Shown piece by piece: positions 8,771-17,595 of a DNA stretch of 41,027 nucleotides (position 1 is its first letter; the number at the start of each line of letters is the position of its first letter). Below the pieces are notes generated by a model. The model was not told the DNA's origin. It searched no databases and was given only the letters and a program-made list of their open reading frames with translations. Source of the DNA: Candidatus Bathyarchaeota archaeon (GTDB lineage: Archaea > Thermoproteota > Bathyarchaeia > Bathyarchaeales > Bathyarchaeaceae); contig CP070791.1 in assembly GCA_020346825.1 (NCBI GenBank), positions 920,463-961,489 of the forward strand. The letters are read 5' to 3'. A program made the translations under genes and the position numbers.

Positions 8771-9817
8771 ATGATTCTGAAAGTTTATAATCTTGCTAAT
8801 GCAAATAAGGCTATAACAGGGCTTAAATTGTCTAAGAAGAGCAAGAACCATCACGATAGGATTCGATTATACAAAGACCGTAACGTGCAATTGCTTATCA
8901 GCAAATTCGTGAGCGGTGAGCTCAGCAAACTAAACCCAGTTTATGATTCCAAGCACGGTTATAGATATCCAGTTGTTGACGCAATAGTGGGTGAACCCTC
9001 TAGCACCGACAGTTTTTTGCTGAATCTTTTTGAGGCTGGAGTTCTAAAGAGGGAGCTTTACGATAAGATCGTTTATTGCCCGTCATGTAACACAGCGAAT
9101 GTTTCTATGCATTATTGCTGCCCCCACTGCAAATCCTTCAACATTAGAAAGAGCGCATTGATCGAACACATAAAATGTGGGTACATTGACACCGAGGAAC
9201 ATTTTCGGAAAAACGACAAGCTTGTTTGTCCAAAATGCCAGAAAGAGTTGACTAAACCTGGCACGGACTACTATAAGGCTGGAGTGTGGTGCACCTGTAA
9301 TGAATGTGGGAAAAGTTTTGACATCCCGGTTCCAGCCCATTTTTGTCGTGAATGTCGCCAAGATTTTGCGTTTGAGGAATCCATTTACAAAGACGCATAC
9401 TCCTACAGTCTGACCTCTGAAGCCATGAAAGAGGCGACCTTGGGCTGGATTCTAATCACTCCAATAAGAGATTTCTTAGAAGGCCACGGATTTGAAGTGG
9501 AGAGCCCCGGGTTCTTAAAAGGAAAATCTGGTGCTAGCCACATGTTTGACATAACTGCTTCTCCCCTAGGGGTTGAACGAAACATCACCGTTATCGACCT
9601 AGCCACCTCAACTGATGATGTAATCTCTGAACAGGCAGTCATTGCCATGTTCGCTAAAACCTATGATGTTGGTCCTGACAAGGCATGCTTGGTTGCGATT
9701 CCAAAAATAAGTGCAAACGGCAAGAAGTTGGCGAGCCTTTACAACATAGTGTTGGTTGAGGCTAAGGACCAGAGAGATGTAATAAAAGCACTTGAGAAGA
9801 AATGCTTGAAGGAATAA
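8771..9817 (+). CDS. Multi-zinc-ribbon protein, possibly TackOD1-like, with a C-terminal alpha/beta domain; candidate regulator
   Basis: 348 aa. The central region carries CPSC...CPHC, KCGY, CPKC, CNECG and CRECR pairs. The N-terminal part may be a winged helix (SFLLNLFEAGVLKRE). The C-terminal roughly 120 aa (GFEVESPGFLKGKSGASHMFDITAS...VIDLAT...LVAIP) looks like a compact nuclease-like or sensor fold. The domain assignment is from memory only. Confidence 0.65.
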   Translation: MILKVYNLANANKAITGLKLSKKSKNHHDRIRLYKDRNVQLLISKFVSGELSKLNPVYDSKHGYRYPVVDAIVGEPSSTDSFLLNLFEAGVLKRELYDKIVYCPSCNTANVSMHYCCPHCKSFNIRKSALIEHIKCGYIDTEEHFRKNDKLVCPKCQKELTKPGTDYYKAGVWCTCNECGKSFDIPVPAHFCRECRQDFAFEESIYKDAYSYSLTSEAMKEATLGWILITPIRDFLEGHGFEVESPGFLKGKSGASHMFDITASPLGVERNITVIDLATSTDDVISEQAVIAMFAKTYDVGPDKACLVAIPKISANGKKLASLYNIVLVEAKDQRDVIKALEKKCLKE

Positions 9818-10045
9818 ACTATGTTCTCGAAGGGATTGGGGTGTCTCTTCGCTCTTTTGCACCCTTAATCGTAAACTAGCCTTCAAAAATGATCTGTTAG
9901 TACAAACCTATGTGTTGGTTTCTGTTGAATATACAAAAAAGTTTCGCCATCTGACTGATGCTTCGTTGAATCAATTACTCCAAGAAGAACGCAGATGCGA
10001 GGTTATTATATCTTCTTTTCCTTCCGATCAAATCTGCGCGTGCTT

Positions 10046-10456
10046 TCAAGATGGAGCTGTGTAGTAGTCCACACCTTTAGTTCCCCTGCTGGTTACAACC
10101 TTGACGAGACATACAGAACCTGAAGTCCAAGGGTAAGTAACATTCAACCAGTCATGCTTGTCTTCTTCTAACTCTGTAGTCGTGAATGATTGGGAAGTGT
10201 GATTTACGTATACAGCGGCTATCTTCATTGAGACCTTGCCCACATTGCGGAGATAAATCGAGATTTGGTCAGTTGTGAACCAAACGTCCTCAATGATGAA
10301 GCGTTCACCCATCGTGTCGTGAAGATTATCTGTTATTACATAAGTGGCTGCTATTGCAATTGTCATGGCAGCCACTGCGATAACCATTAATAGGAGACTG
10401 CTTAGGACGGGGGTTATTGCCTTTCTGTCTCGCAATGGATTTCTCACTGTTTTCAC
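10046..10456 (-). CDS. Archaeal type IV pilin with class III signal peptide
   Basis: 136 aa. The N-terminus MKTVRNPLRDRKAITPVLSSLLLMVIAVAAMTIAIAA matches the [KR][GA]-[IV][ST]PV[IL] prepilin peptidase site followed by a hydrophobic helix. The beta-rich C-terminus (IYLRNVGKVSMKIAAVYVN) is typical of archaeal pilins. Confidence 0.8.
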   Translation of the reverse strand: MKTVRNPLRDRKAITPVLSSLLLMVIAVAAMTIAIAATYVITDNLHDTMGERFIIEDVWFTTDQISIYLRNVGKVSMKIAAVYVNHTSQSFTTTELEEDKHDWLNVTYPWTSGSVCLVKVVTSRGTKGVDYYTAPS

Positions 10457-10457
10457 C

Positions 10458-11276
10458 TTAGGCTACAAATTTGAGGGTCAGATATCCGCATGCTAGGAGG
10501 ATGACGCTGTGTTTCAAGCCCGCTCCGATTGTTCCTTCGCCCATTTTTCCAGCCATGAGGCCACCGAAGAAGGCTTGAATGGAACTCATGTGAAAGAAAA
10601 CCCTTCTAGCTTCTTCTGGTGTCATTATGGCTGCAAACTCTGCAGTAGATATCTCTGACATACGTACAAAGAAGGATTTGAAGAGCATGACAATGGTGAA
10701 GAGGAAGACGAAGAACGCGATATAGGTAATTGCTACGTAAGGTCTAGTTTGGGTTTTTCGCTCCGCATCAAAACTCAGAGTTGTCTGCACGAATTTTTCC
10801 ATAGGATCAAAAACCTTTTCAACTCGTCCTCCAGATCTGCTGGCTTCAAGGATCAAAGGAACTGTTCGTCTTATGAGAGTCGTGTCAACGCGATCGCTGA
10901 GGGATTGAAGCGCCTTTTCGAAGGGGACTCCCCAACTCATCTGGGCTACCATCTTCTTCAACTCTTTGGCTAGAGGTCCATAACGTCTTTTGGAGACTTC
11001 TTCCAGGGCTTTTGGCAGAGTCATACCAGTTTTTTGAGCTTGAACTATGCTTCGGAAGAGGTCAGGAAGATGTTTGTCTATTGATCTCTTCCAACGATAG
11101 TCGATGTAGTCGAGCACTGCAGGAGGAAAAACGGTGATCACCACTGCCAAAATCAGATACTCGTCAAAGAGAGGGCTGCCTTGAAGCATTATGCACGCTG
11201 TTACAATTATGGTGACTCCTAGAACACTGGATACGATCCAAGCAATCTTCTTCTCCCATTTATCAACTTTAGGCAT
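10458..11276 (-). CDS. Pilus platform membrane protein, single T2SS-F domain (TadC/FlaJ C-terminal-half-like)
   Basis: 272 aa. One cytoplasmic helical T2SSF-like domain (LPDLFRSIVQAQKTGMTLPKALEEVS...SWGVPFEKALQSL) flanked by TM helices. Tightly packed in the operon. Confidence 0.78.
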   Translation of the reverse strand: MPKVDKWEKKIAWIVSSVLGVTIIVTACIMLQGSPLFDEYLILAVVITVFPPAVLDYIDYRWKRSIDKHLPDLFRSIVQAQKTGMTLPKALEEVSKRRYGPLAKELKKMVAQMSWGVPFEKALQSLSDRVDTTLIRRTVPLILEASRSGGRVEKVFDPMEKFVQTTLSFDAERKTQTRPYVAITYIAFFVFLFTIVMLFKSFFVRMSEISTAEFAAIMTPEEARRVFFHMSSIQAFFGGLMAGKMGEGTIGAGLKHSVILLACGYLTLKFVA

Positions 11277-11280
11277 ATTT

Positions 11281-12285
11281 TCATCGCTTCGGTGAGATCA
11301 TATCTAGGATTATGAGAAACATGATTGATCCAACTGGCAAGCCAATATACGTTAAAAGGAACAGCAGTAGACGTGGATCAAGCGGTCCAGCTCCGCTTGC
11401 ACCAAGCATCGCCATCACTGAAAGCATTACAACGAAGATGAGGGAACCAGCAACCATTAGAGTGACGTAAAACTCTGCCAACACTGAGAGGGTATCTGAA
11501 AATCGACGCAGTGCAATCCGCTTAAGTTTCATGTATTGACGCGATCGGTCCCTTAGATACTTTGCCAAGCTTCCTCCCGAGCGAAGTGTAGCAATGAAGC
11601 CCTCAAGTAATTCTTTAAACCTTTCAGAAGGTGTTCGTATAGAGGTAGCTTCTAGAGCTGAAATGACGTCAAAACCGAAGAGCTCTACATCCCGCATTAT
11701 GGTTCTCGCTTCTTTGGAGACCGCCAACGAAGCGTCAACAAGAGCTAGAGAACGAAATATAACGTCTGGTGGCACCCCAGCACCCGCCAAAATCGACATG
11801 TACCCTGCGGTGAAGGGAAGCCCGTCCTCCAAGGTCCTTTTCAGACTATCAGCACGATAAATTGGGTAGAAATAGAAACCGACTACAGCTAAGGCACCTG
11901 CGAACAAGCTAATTCCTATTCCAAAAAGAAGAGATGAAACAAGAGAAAGCTTAAAAACGAAGATTAGGAGCATCGGAACAAGAATCAGAACCGATATAGA
12001 AAGAAGCAAAGCTGTCAGAATGACTGTGCTAACGTATGCCTTGAAGTTGACTTTTATTCCAGATTTTCGCAAGCTCACATCCAAGTCTTTGAACAGGGGC
12101 AAAAACCTGTTTGCTCTTCCTCCAATGACTTGATAGGAGAGAACCTGAGGTTTTGTTGCACCTAATTGAAGACGCTCAATCCAGCAGTGAAAACGACGCG
12201 TAACGGGAGAGAAATGTGGGCGAAGGCTGTTTTTAGCGCGTTGACAAACTTTTTTGATTCTCTTCCTAGTTCTGCTTAGAATCAT
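11281..12285 (-). CDS. Pilus platform membrane protein, single T2SS-F domain (TadB/FlaJ N-terminal-half-like)
   Basis: 334 aa. T2SSF-like domain (LPFTAGYMSILAGAGVPPDVIFRSLA...FGFDVISALEATS...LRSGGSLAKYL) plus TM helices. ATGA overlap with the upstream ATPase stop codon. Confidence 0.75.
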   Translation of the reverse strand: MILSRTRKRIKKVCQRAKNSLRPHFSPVTRRFHCWIERLQLGATKPQVLSYQVIGGRANRFLPLFKDLDVSLRKSGIKVNFKAYVSTVILTALLLSISVLILVPMLLIFVFKLSLVSSLLFGIGISLFAGALAVVGFYFYPIYRADSLKRTLEDGLPFTAGYMSILAGAGVPPDVIFRSLALVDASLAVSKEARTIMRDVELFGFDVISALEATSIRTPSERFKELLEGFIATLRSGGSLAKYLRDRSRQYMKLKRIALRRFSDTLSVLAEFYVTLMVAGSLIFVVMLSVMAMLGASGAGPLDPRLLLFLLTYIGLPVGSIMFLIILDMISPKR

Positions 12286-13799
12286 GTCATCCCCAACCTT
12301 GCTCTACGATAAACGCGGGAAGGATCAGCATAGTATTCTCTTATGACTGAGGCAACATCGGTGTGTTTGCGAATTCCTTTTTTCACCATCCAATCTAGAA
12401 CTATTTTTCTTCGAAGAAGCTCCTCTCGAACCTCTTCTTCACCGATCCCTAGACGCTTAATCTTTTGCTCTAGAATGCAACTGCGACCAGAATACAGGAA
12501 GGCATCATGTTTGGCATCCCATCGATACGCTTCATTCGTTAGGAGTTCCTGCGTCCTAGAATCCAAACCAATCATCTCTGTAACTGTGCGGGTTCTTCTT
12601 GCAGGTTTTCCATCGACTTCGGTTCTCAACTGAACCATTACAGCATCAATCATTGTAAGGAGGGGTCTCGGGATGTTCATGGGTTCTGACACCAGACGGT
12701 GAATAACGGAGCTCACAGATTCGCCGTGGATTGTACCCATTCCCAGGTGGCCTGTGGCCATTGCTTGGAAGAGTGTGTAAGCTTCTTCACCGCGAACTTC
12801 ACCTACAAGTAGGTAGTCCGGTCTCTGCCTAACAGCCGTCTTCAAGAGATCAAACAGTGTAATTGCACCCCTTTCTTTTTCGTCATGTCCGAATCCTGAT
12901 CGTACGACCGATGGAATCCAGTTTTCATGGGGTAGGTTAAGTTCGGCAGTGTCCTCTACGCTAACTATTTTTAGTCCCGGTTTTATGAACATTGACAGAC
13001 AATTAAGTACGGTCGTTTTTCCTGCTGCCACTCCTCCCGCTACGAGAATTGATGCTCTGTTTTCGATGGCATACCAGAAGTATGAAGCCATGGCAGATGA
13101 AAGGGTGCCTAAGGAAATTAAGTCTGAAATGGTTAGGGGGTCGACGCGAAAACGGCGAATTGTGAATGTTGAGCCTTTTCGAGTAATCTCTTTTCCATAA
13201 CTCATTTGGATGCGGCTTCCATCGGGGAGGGAAGCGTCAAGTAATGGCGCAGCAAAGGAGATATTCTTTCCTGCAAGATAGGCAAACCTTACTATGAAGG
13301 AGTTAAGTTCGTCAACATCATTGAAGAGGATGTTTGTTGGAATGGATTCATATTCGCGGTGCCACACGTAGATGGGTATGTTAACTCCGTCTGCTGAGAT
13401 GTCTTCAATCAAAGGGTCTCTCATAAGTGGGTCAATCTTTCCGAAGCCAAGAAAGTCGCGTATGATGTAGTAAATGAGTTTGTCTGTGGCTTCTTGGGCG
13501 ATTTCCAATTGATAGTCTTTAATGATCTCGCGAATCTTGTTTTTGAGATATTCTTCAGCTTTTTTTCGTGTTCCAACCTCTTTGAGATTAACGTCAATTT
13601 CTGTAATGAGCAAGCCTTTGATTTCTTTGAGTTTATCCTCTTCTTCTTTGAGGAGGGTGGGTTCAATAACTTCATATCTTATTCTCTGTGTGTTTGGTTC
13701 TCTGACAAGTGCAGCGTAGACGTAGGGCTCATGAATGGGATAGACTTCTCGGAAAACCGATGGTTTTTTTTCTTGCACCGATTTTGACTCGATTTCCAT
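12282..13799 (-). CDS. Type IV pilus/archaellum-type secretion ATPase (FlaI/TadA/VirB11 family)
   Basis: 505 aa. Walker A VAGGVAAGKTT, Walker B/Asp box PDYLLVGEVRGEEA, His box ATGHLGMGTIHG. Confidence 0.9.
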   Translation of the reverse strand: MEIESKSVQEKKPSVFREVYPIHEPYVYAALVREPNTQRIRYEVIEPTLLKEEEDKLKEIKGLLITEIDVNLKEVGTRKKAEEYLKNKIREIIKDYQLEIAQEATDKLIYYIIRDFLGFGKIDPLMRDPLIEDISADGVNIPIYVWHREYESIPTNILFNDVDELNSFIVRFAYLAGKNISFAAPLLDASLPDGSRIQMSYGKEITRKGSTFTIRRFRVDPLTISDLISLGTLSSAMASYFWYAIENRASILVAGGVAAGKTTVLNCLSMFIKPGLKIVSVEDTAELNLPHENWIPSVVRSGFGHDEKERGAITLFDLLKTAVRQRPDYLLVGEVRGEEAYTLFQAMATGHLGMGTIHGESVSSVIHRLVSEPMNIPRPLLTMIDAVMVQLRTEVDGKPARRTRTVTEMIGLDSRTQELLTNEAYRWDAKHDAFLYSGRSCILEQKIKRLGIGEEEVREELLRRKIVLDWMVKKGIRKHTDVASVIREYYADPSRVYRRARLGMT

Positions 13800-13952
13800 T
13801 AGCCCTCACGTTTACTCCGCTTTCTAGCTTTTCCGCTAGGGAATTAGCTACCAACGCTGACTAGCGGATTTCTCGACGAGAATATATTGTATAGCAAGAC
13901 TTAATAAAGTCTATGGATGGAAAATCACTTACAAAACCACAGCCTAAACGAG

Positions 13953-15731
13953 CTAGGCTGCCCAGAAAGGAGATTTGCGCCGCATCACTTCCACTAAATC
14001 ATTTAACACCCCAAGTTCCTCCGAGGACAGGCGATCTTGAAACTTCGACAGCAAGGTTTTGACCTGGACTTCAGGCACTCTAACGAAAAATATGTCCCCT
14101 TCCTGAATATGACGTCCTACAATCGGTTTATTCAACGAAACAGCTACTTGCATTCCAGCATTAGCCCCTGACACCGCCTGACCGCGATCTTGAATTTGCA
14201 TGATCTCACCGACCTCTCGTCCATCTTCTTTAACAAGAAGATGTCTTGGTTGGATACGTCCCGCCAAAACTTCCATCCCAACTATGGCTGGTTTCGCTTT
14301 CCTGAACACGTAACCAGGAATGAACCTAGCCTTACCTGGTTTGACTAATCTATCAAACTCGTCTTTAAGTTTAGCTTCCTTCTCGCTCCTAATCCATTGC
14401 GTGTAATCGTCAATTAGATGGTAGATGATGGCATGTCGAAAAATGGGGACTCCTCGAGTCTTCGCTTCTTCCGCTGCATCTGGCAACACCCTCACATTGA
14501 AGGCTAAGATCGCTCCATGAAGGGGTTCACGTTCCTTAACCACAGCAGCCTCGGTGACATCTCGCTTGGAAACATCGCCAACGTCCGCCAATCTTATCGG
14601 AACGTTGTTCCGTTTCAAACTCTCAGCAATGGCTTCAAGGGACCCCAACGCATCGGTTTTCAACACGACACCTTCCACATCCGTGGCGACTCTAATTTTC
14701 TCAACTTCTTCAGAAACCGATTTAACGTAGTTTTTCAGGCGGTTTTCAGAGGGAACTACATACAAAGGTGCACCAGCTAAAGCTTCTTCAAGATTTGGCG
14801 CCGCAATCTTTATTCCAGCTGCAGCGGAAACCGCTTGCACCGAGGAGAACTTATCTCGAGGATCTCGAATCTCGTCTAAGGGTTTTGGCAAAAGAACAGC
14901 TCGGACATTGGTCACGATGGGTTTTTCTCTGGCACCCACAACTATTATGTCTCCTTTCTTGAGAACCCCATCATAAATTATTACGTTGATAGTGATACCC
15001 AATCCCGGTTCCTCTTTGACTTCTAAAACAGTTCCTTTTGCTGGTCCCTTTGTTACCCGGAGGATGGGACGCAAATATTGTTGAGTTAAGCCAACGAGAA
15101 CTGCCAGAAGTTCGGGTATACCCTCGCCTGTTTTGGCGCTCGTTGGGACAACAGCGATGTTTTTTGTGAAATCAACTATTTTGTCAAATCGGTCTGCTCT
15201 AAAACCAAGTCTAGAAAAGGTTCCAAAAATTGTGTATAACTTTTCATCTAGATCTTGGCGAACATACGGATCTTGACTCCTGTAGGACGCCAAAAAGGTT
15301 CCGTCAAGCTTGGATTTCCACCCCGGTAAGCGATCAATTTTGTTTGCGGCTACAAGAAAAGGCGTCTTCCTGGCCTTCAAGATGTCAACACACTCGTATG
15401 TCTGAGACTCAAACCCTCTCAGAACATCAATAACAAGAATAGCGATATCTGCTACCGCTCCACCTCTCTTCCTCAGGTTGGCAAAGGCTTCATGACCTGG
15501 CGTATCGATGACAAGCAATCCAGGGATTCGCACCCTCCTCTTTAACCCTTTCAGAAGAGGCCCACATACTTTGACAAGGATCTTAACGGGAAAAAAACTC
15601 GCTCCAATGTGTTGAGTTATGCCTCCAGCTTCACGGGCTTGAACACTGCTCTTTCTGATACGATCTAGCAGTAGAGTCTTTCCAGTGTCGATGTGACCCA
15701 ACACGCACACGATGGGTTGTCGTACAGGCAT
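13953..15731 (-). CDS. infB: Translation initiation factor aIF5B (IF-2 family GTPase)
   Basis: GTPase motifs VLGHIDTGKT, DTPGHEAF and NKID. I prefer the ATG at 15731 (MPVRQPIVCVLGH), which matches the usual aIF5B N-terminus. The track's TTG at 15767 adds 12 residues. Confidence 0.9.
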   Translation of the reverse strand: MPVRQPIVCVLGHIDTGKTLLLDRIRKSSVQAREAGGITQHIGASFFPVKILVKVCGPLLKGLKRRVRIPGLLVIDTPGHEAFANLRKRGGAVADIAILVIDVLRGFESQTYECVDILKARKTPFLVAANKIDRLPGWKSKLDGTFLASYRSQDPYVRQDLDEKLYTIFGTFSRLGFRADRFDKIVDFTKNIAVVPTSAKTGEGIPELLAVLVGLTQQYLRPILRVTKGPAKGTVLEVKEEPGLGITINVIIYDGVLKKGDIIVVGAREKPIVTNVRAVLLPKPLDEIRDPRDKFSSVQAVSAAAGIKIAAPNLEEALAGAPLYVVPSENRLKNYVKSVSEEVEKIRVATDVEGVVLKTDALGSLEAIAESLKRNNVPIRLADVGDVSKRDVTEAAVVKEREPLHGAILAFNVRVLPDAAEEAKTRGVPIFRHAIIYHLIDDYTQWIRSEKEAKLKDEFDRLVKPGKARFIPGYVFRKAKPAIVGMEVLAGRIQPRHLLVKEDGREVGEIMQIQDRGQAVSGANAGMQVAVSLNKPIVGRHIQEGDIFFVRVPEVQVKTLLSKFQDRLSSEELGVLNDLVEVMRRKSPFWAA

Positions 15732-15929
15732 ACAGCTTTCCTCGCTGTCTATTATTGGAAGCAGCAATTATTAGATTCTATCATGAATGACTCGTCAACG
15801 TTATAAACCGTTTCGCTAGGTTCTGCGCGCGCGAAAACTGAAAAGCAAAACCTGATCCACATGGGCTTTGAAGCCGATGCCAAACTGGCTATCGTTAGCT
15901 CGCTGTAAGATTGGAGGACATTTGTGTAA

Positions 15930-16598
15930 CTAGATTCTTCGTCTTCGTGAATCCTCACCAAGATTTTGGAGATGCTTTTCACATTGAGAAATTACTTTGT
16001 CAACTTCTTCAAATTTGTAGTTTGCGTCAATAATGGCAAGCAACTTCCTCTTTCTAAAGTAACCTATCACGGGCTTCGTTTTTTCAAGATACACTCTTAA
16101 CCGGTTCTTTATGGCTTGAGGCGCCTCATCTGAGCGTAAGTAAAGCTTCCCTCCACAGCGGTCGCATATTCCCTCAAGTTTGGGAGGGACCTCTTTCACG
16201 TGGTATGTTGCTCCACATTCTCTACAGGTTCTTCTCCCGCCAAGCCTAGACATGATGATCCACTCAGAAGCGACGAAATTTAAGACCTTACTGATTTTTT
16301 TGAATCTTTCCATAGCTTCTGCTTGGGCAATTGTCCTTGGAAAACCGTCGAGGAAAAACCCGTTTTTGCAGTCGTCTTCCTGCAATCTTTTTTTCACTAG
16401 TTCAATGGTTGTTTCGTCGGGAACTAGGTCTCCACGAGATACGTAATCTTCTATTTTCCTACCTAGTTCTGTTTCATTCTTCATGGCTTTGCGGAACAGG
16501 TCTCCAACGGAGATTCTTGGTATGTTAAATTTTTCTGAAAGGATTTTGGCGTAGGTGCCTTTGCCTACTCCGGGAGATCCCAGTATGACGATGTTCAC
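15930..16598 (-). CDS. adk: Adenylate kinase, long type with Zn-binding lid
   Basis: 222 aa. P-loop ILGSPGVGKGT, FLLDGFPRT, and a lid with CRECGATYH...CDRCGGKL. Confidence 0.9.
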   Translation of the reverse strand: MNIVILGSPGVGKGTYAKILSEKFNIPRISVGDLFRKAMKNETELGRKIEDYVSRGDLVPDETTIELVKKRLQEDDCKNGFFLDGFPRTIAQAEAMERFKKISKVLNFVASEWIIMSRLGGRRTCRECGATYHVKEVPPKLEGICDRCGGKLYLRSDEAPQAIKNRLRVYLEKTKPVIGYFRKRKLLAIIDANYKFEEVDKVISQCEKHLQNLGEDSRRRRI

Positions 16599-16659
16599 TG
16601 TTCATCACTTTAGCCTCTTCATGATTTCTTCTTCCTTATAAAAGGAGGGGCTTGTTCAA

Positions 16660-16863
16660 TCAGGCTTTGCCCTTCTCTTCTTTTCCAAAGTATTTTGTCC
16701 AGCGAACCTTGCGGGAATCACGTTTTAGCTCAACGGAGCTTTTTCTGCACTTGCTTGAACAGAACCATAGAAGGGTTCCGTCGTTTCTCACATACATGGC
16801 TCCGGTGCCTGGGGGAAACTCGTGTCCGCAAAAGGAGCAGAGTCTGGTTTTTGGCACTGGCAA
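16660..16863 (-). CDS. rpl24e: 50S ribosomal protein L24e
   Basis: 67 aa: CSFCGHEFPPGTGAMYVRNDGTLLWFCSSKC. Confidence 0.9.
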   Translation of the reverse strand: MPVPKTRLCSFCGHEFPPGTGAMYVRNDGTLLWFCSSKCRKSSVELKRDSRKVRWTKYFGKEEKGKA

Positions 16864-16880
16864 CCCCTCACATGAGTGTA

Positions 16881-17102
16881 TCAGCGTCTAATTTTCTTGG
16901 CTTCTCTTTCAGTTTCCCTCAGCATAAGAACGTCGTTGCTTCGCACCGGACCTTTCACGTTTCTTGTGATGATTCGTCCCTTGTCTCTTCCTTCAAGCAC
17001 CCGAACTCTTACTTGAGTAATCTCACCTGTAAGTCCTGTTCGACCTATCACTTGAATGACTTCAGCAGGAATAAGCTCATCTTTTGCCTCTATGTCGCTC
17101 AT
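16881..17102 (-). CDS. rps28e: 30S ribosomal protein S28e
   Basis: 73 aa: [43 protein letters not shown]. Confidence 0.9.
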   Translation of the reverse strand: MSDIEAKDELIPAEVIQVIGRTGLTGEITQVRVRVLEGRDKGRIITRNVKGPVRSNDVLMLRETEREAKKIRR

Positions 17103-17485
17103 CCACTAGGGCCCTTCTTTTTCAGTTCCTCAATTCGATTGGAGATCTCTTTCACCAAAGCCACTGCGTCGCCAACCTCGTTTATGCTTACTGAAGCAGC
17201 GGGAACGTCTATGCCCGCCGAGGTTCCGAGTTTTCTCTTGTTGGGTACAAATATATATGGGATTTTTCGTTCCTCGCAGAGAAGCGGGAGATGCGCTATG
17301 ACTTCCGGCGGATCTACATCTTCTGCTATGACAACAAGTTTTGCTTTTCCGCGTTCCACAGCTTTCGTTGTTTCGTTGGTGCCTTTTCTAACAGAACCTG
17401 TTTGATTGGCTATTTGCAGGGCTTCATAGGCAGCATCTGCCAATTCTTTCGGAACTTCAATTTTTACGTAAAACGGCTTTGACAT
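17099..17485 (-). CDS. rpl7ae: 50S ribosomal protein L7Ae (K-turn binding)
   Basis: 128 aa: [41 protein letters not shown]. 4-nt overlap with rps28e. Confidence 0.92.
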   Translation of the reverse strand: MSKPFYVKIEVPKELADAAYEALQIANQTGSVRKGTNETTKAVERGKAKLVVIAEDVDPPEVIAHLPLLCEERKIPYIFVPNKRKLGTSAGIDVPAASVSINEVGDAVALVKEISNRIEELKKKGPSG

Positions 17486-17595
17486 TAAGCCTCACCCTTC
17501 TAAGTGCTGAGGTTTATCAACGAAAGGGTTTATGAATGTTTCGACCTAGGCAACATGTCTCTGTAGTGTTGCCAACCTACTACAGGAAGAGTTTG

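Noticed and set aside
15752-15982. 76-aa minus-strand ORF between adk and aIF5B
   Set aside because: It overlaps the adk 3' end and the aIF5B promoter region, which includes the TGCGCGCGCG tract. It has no SD and no recognisable fold.
16695-17405. Long 236-aa plus-strand ORF spanning the L24e/S28e/L7Ae region
   Set aside because: It is antisense to three unmistakable ribosomal protein genes. Its composition is Ser/Phe/Leu-rich and it has no motifs. This is a typical shadow ORF.
17486-17595. Possible L7Ae-binding K-turn in the rpl7ae 5' leader, and a hairpin GGCAACA-n11-TGTTGCC at 17549-17573
   Set aside because: The leader can form CCTCA...TGAGG, which covers the SD. However, the bulged strand lacks the required tandem G-A/A-G arrangement (it reads GC where GA is needed). 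There is no K-turn I can defend. The 17549-17573 hairpin is most simply the gltX 3' end.
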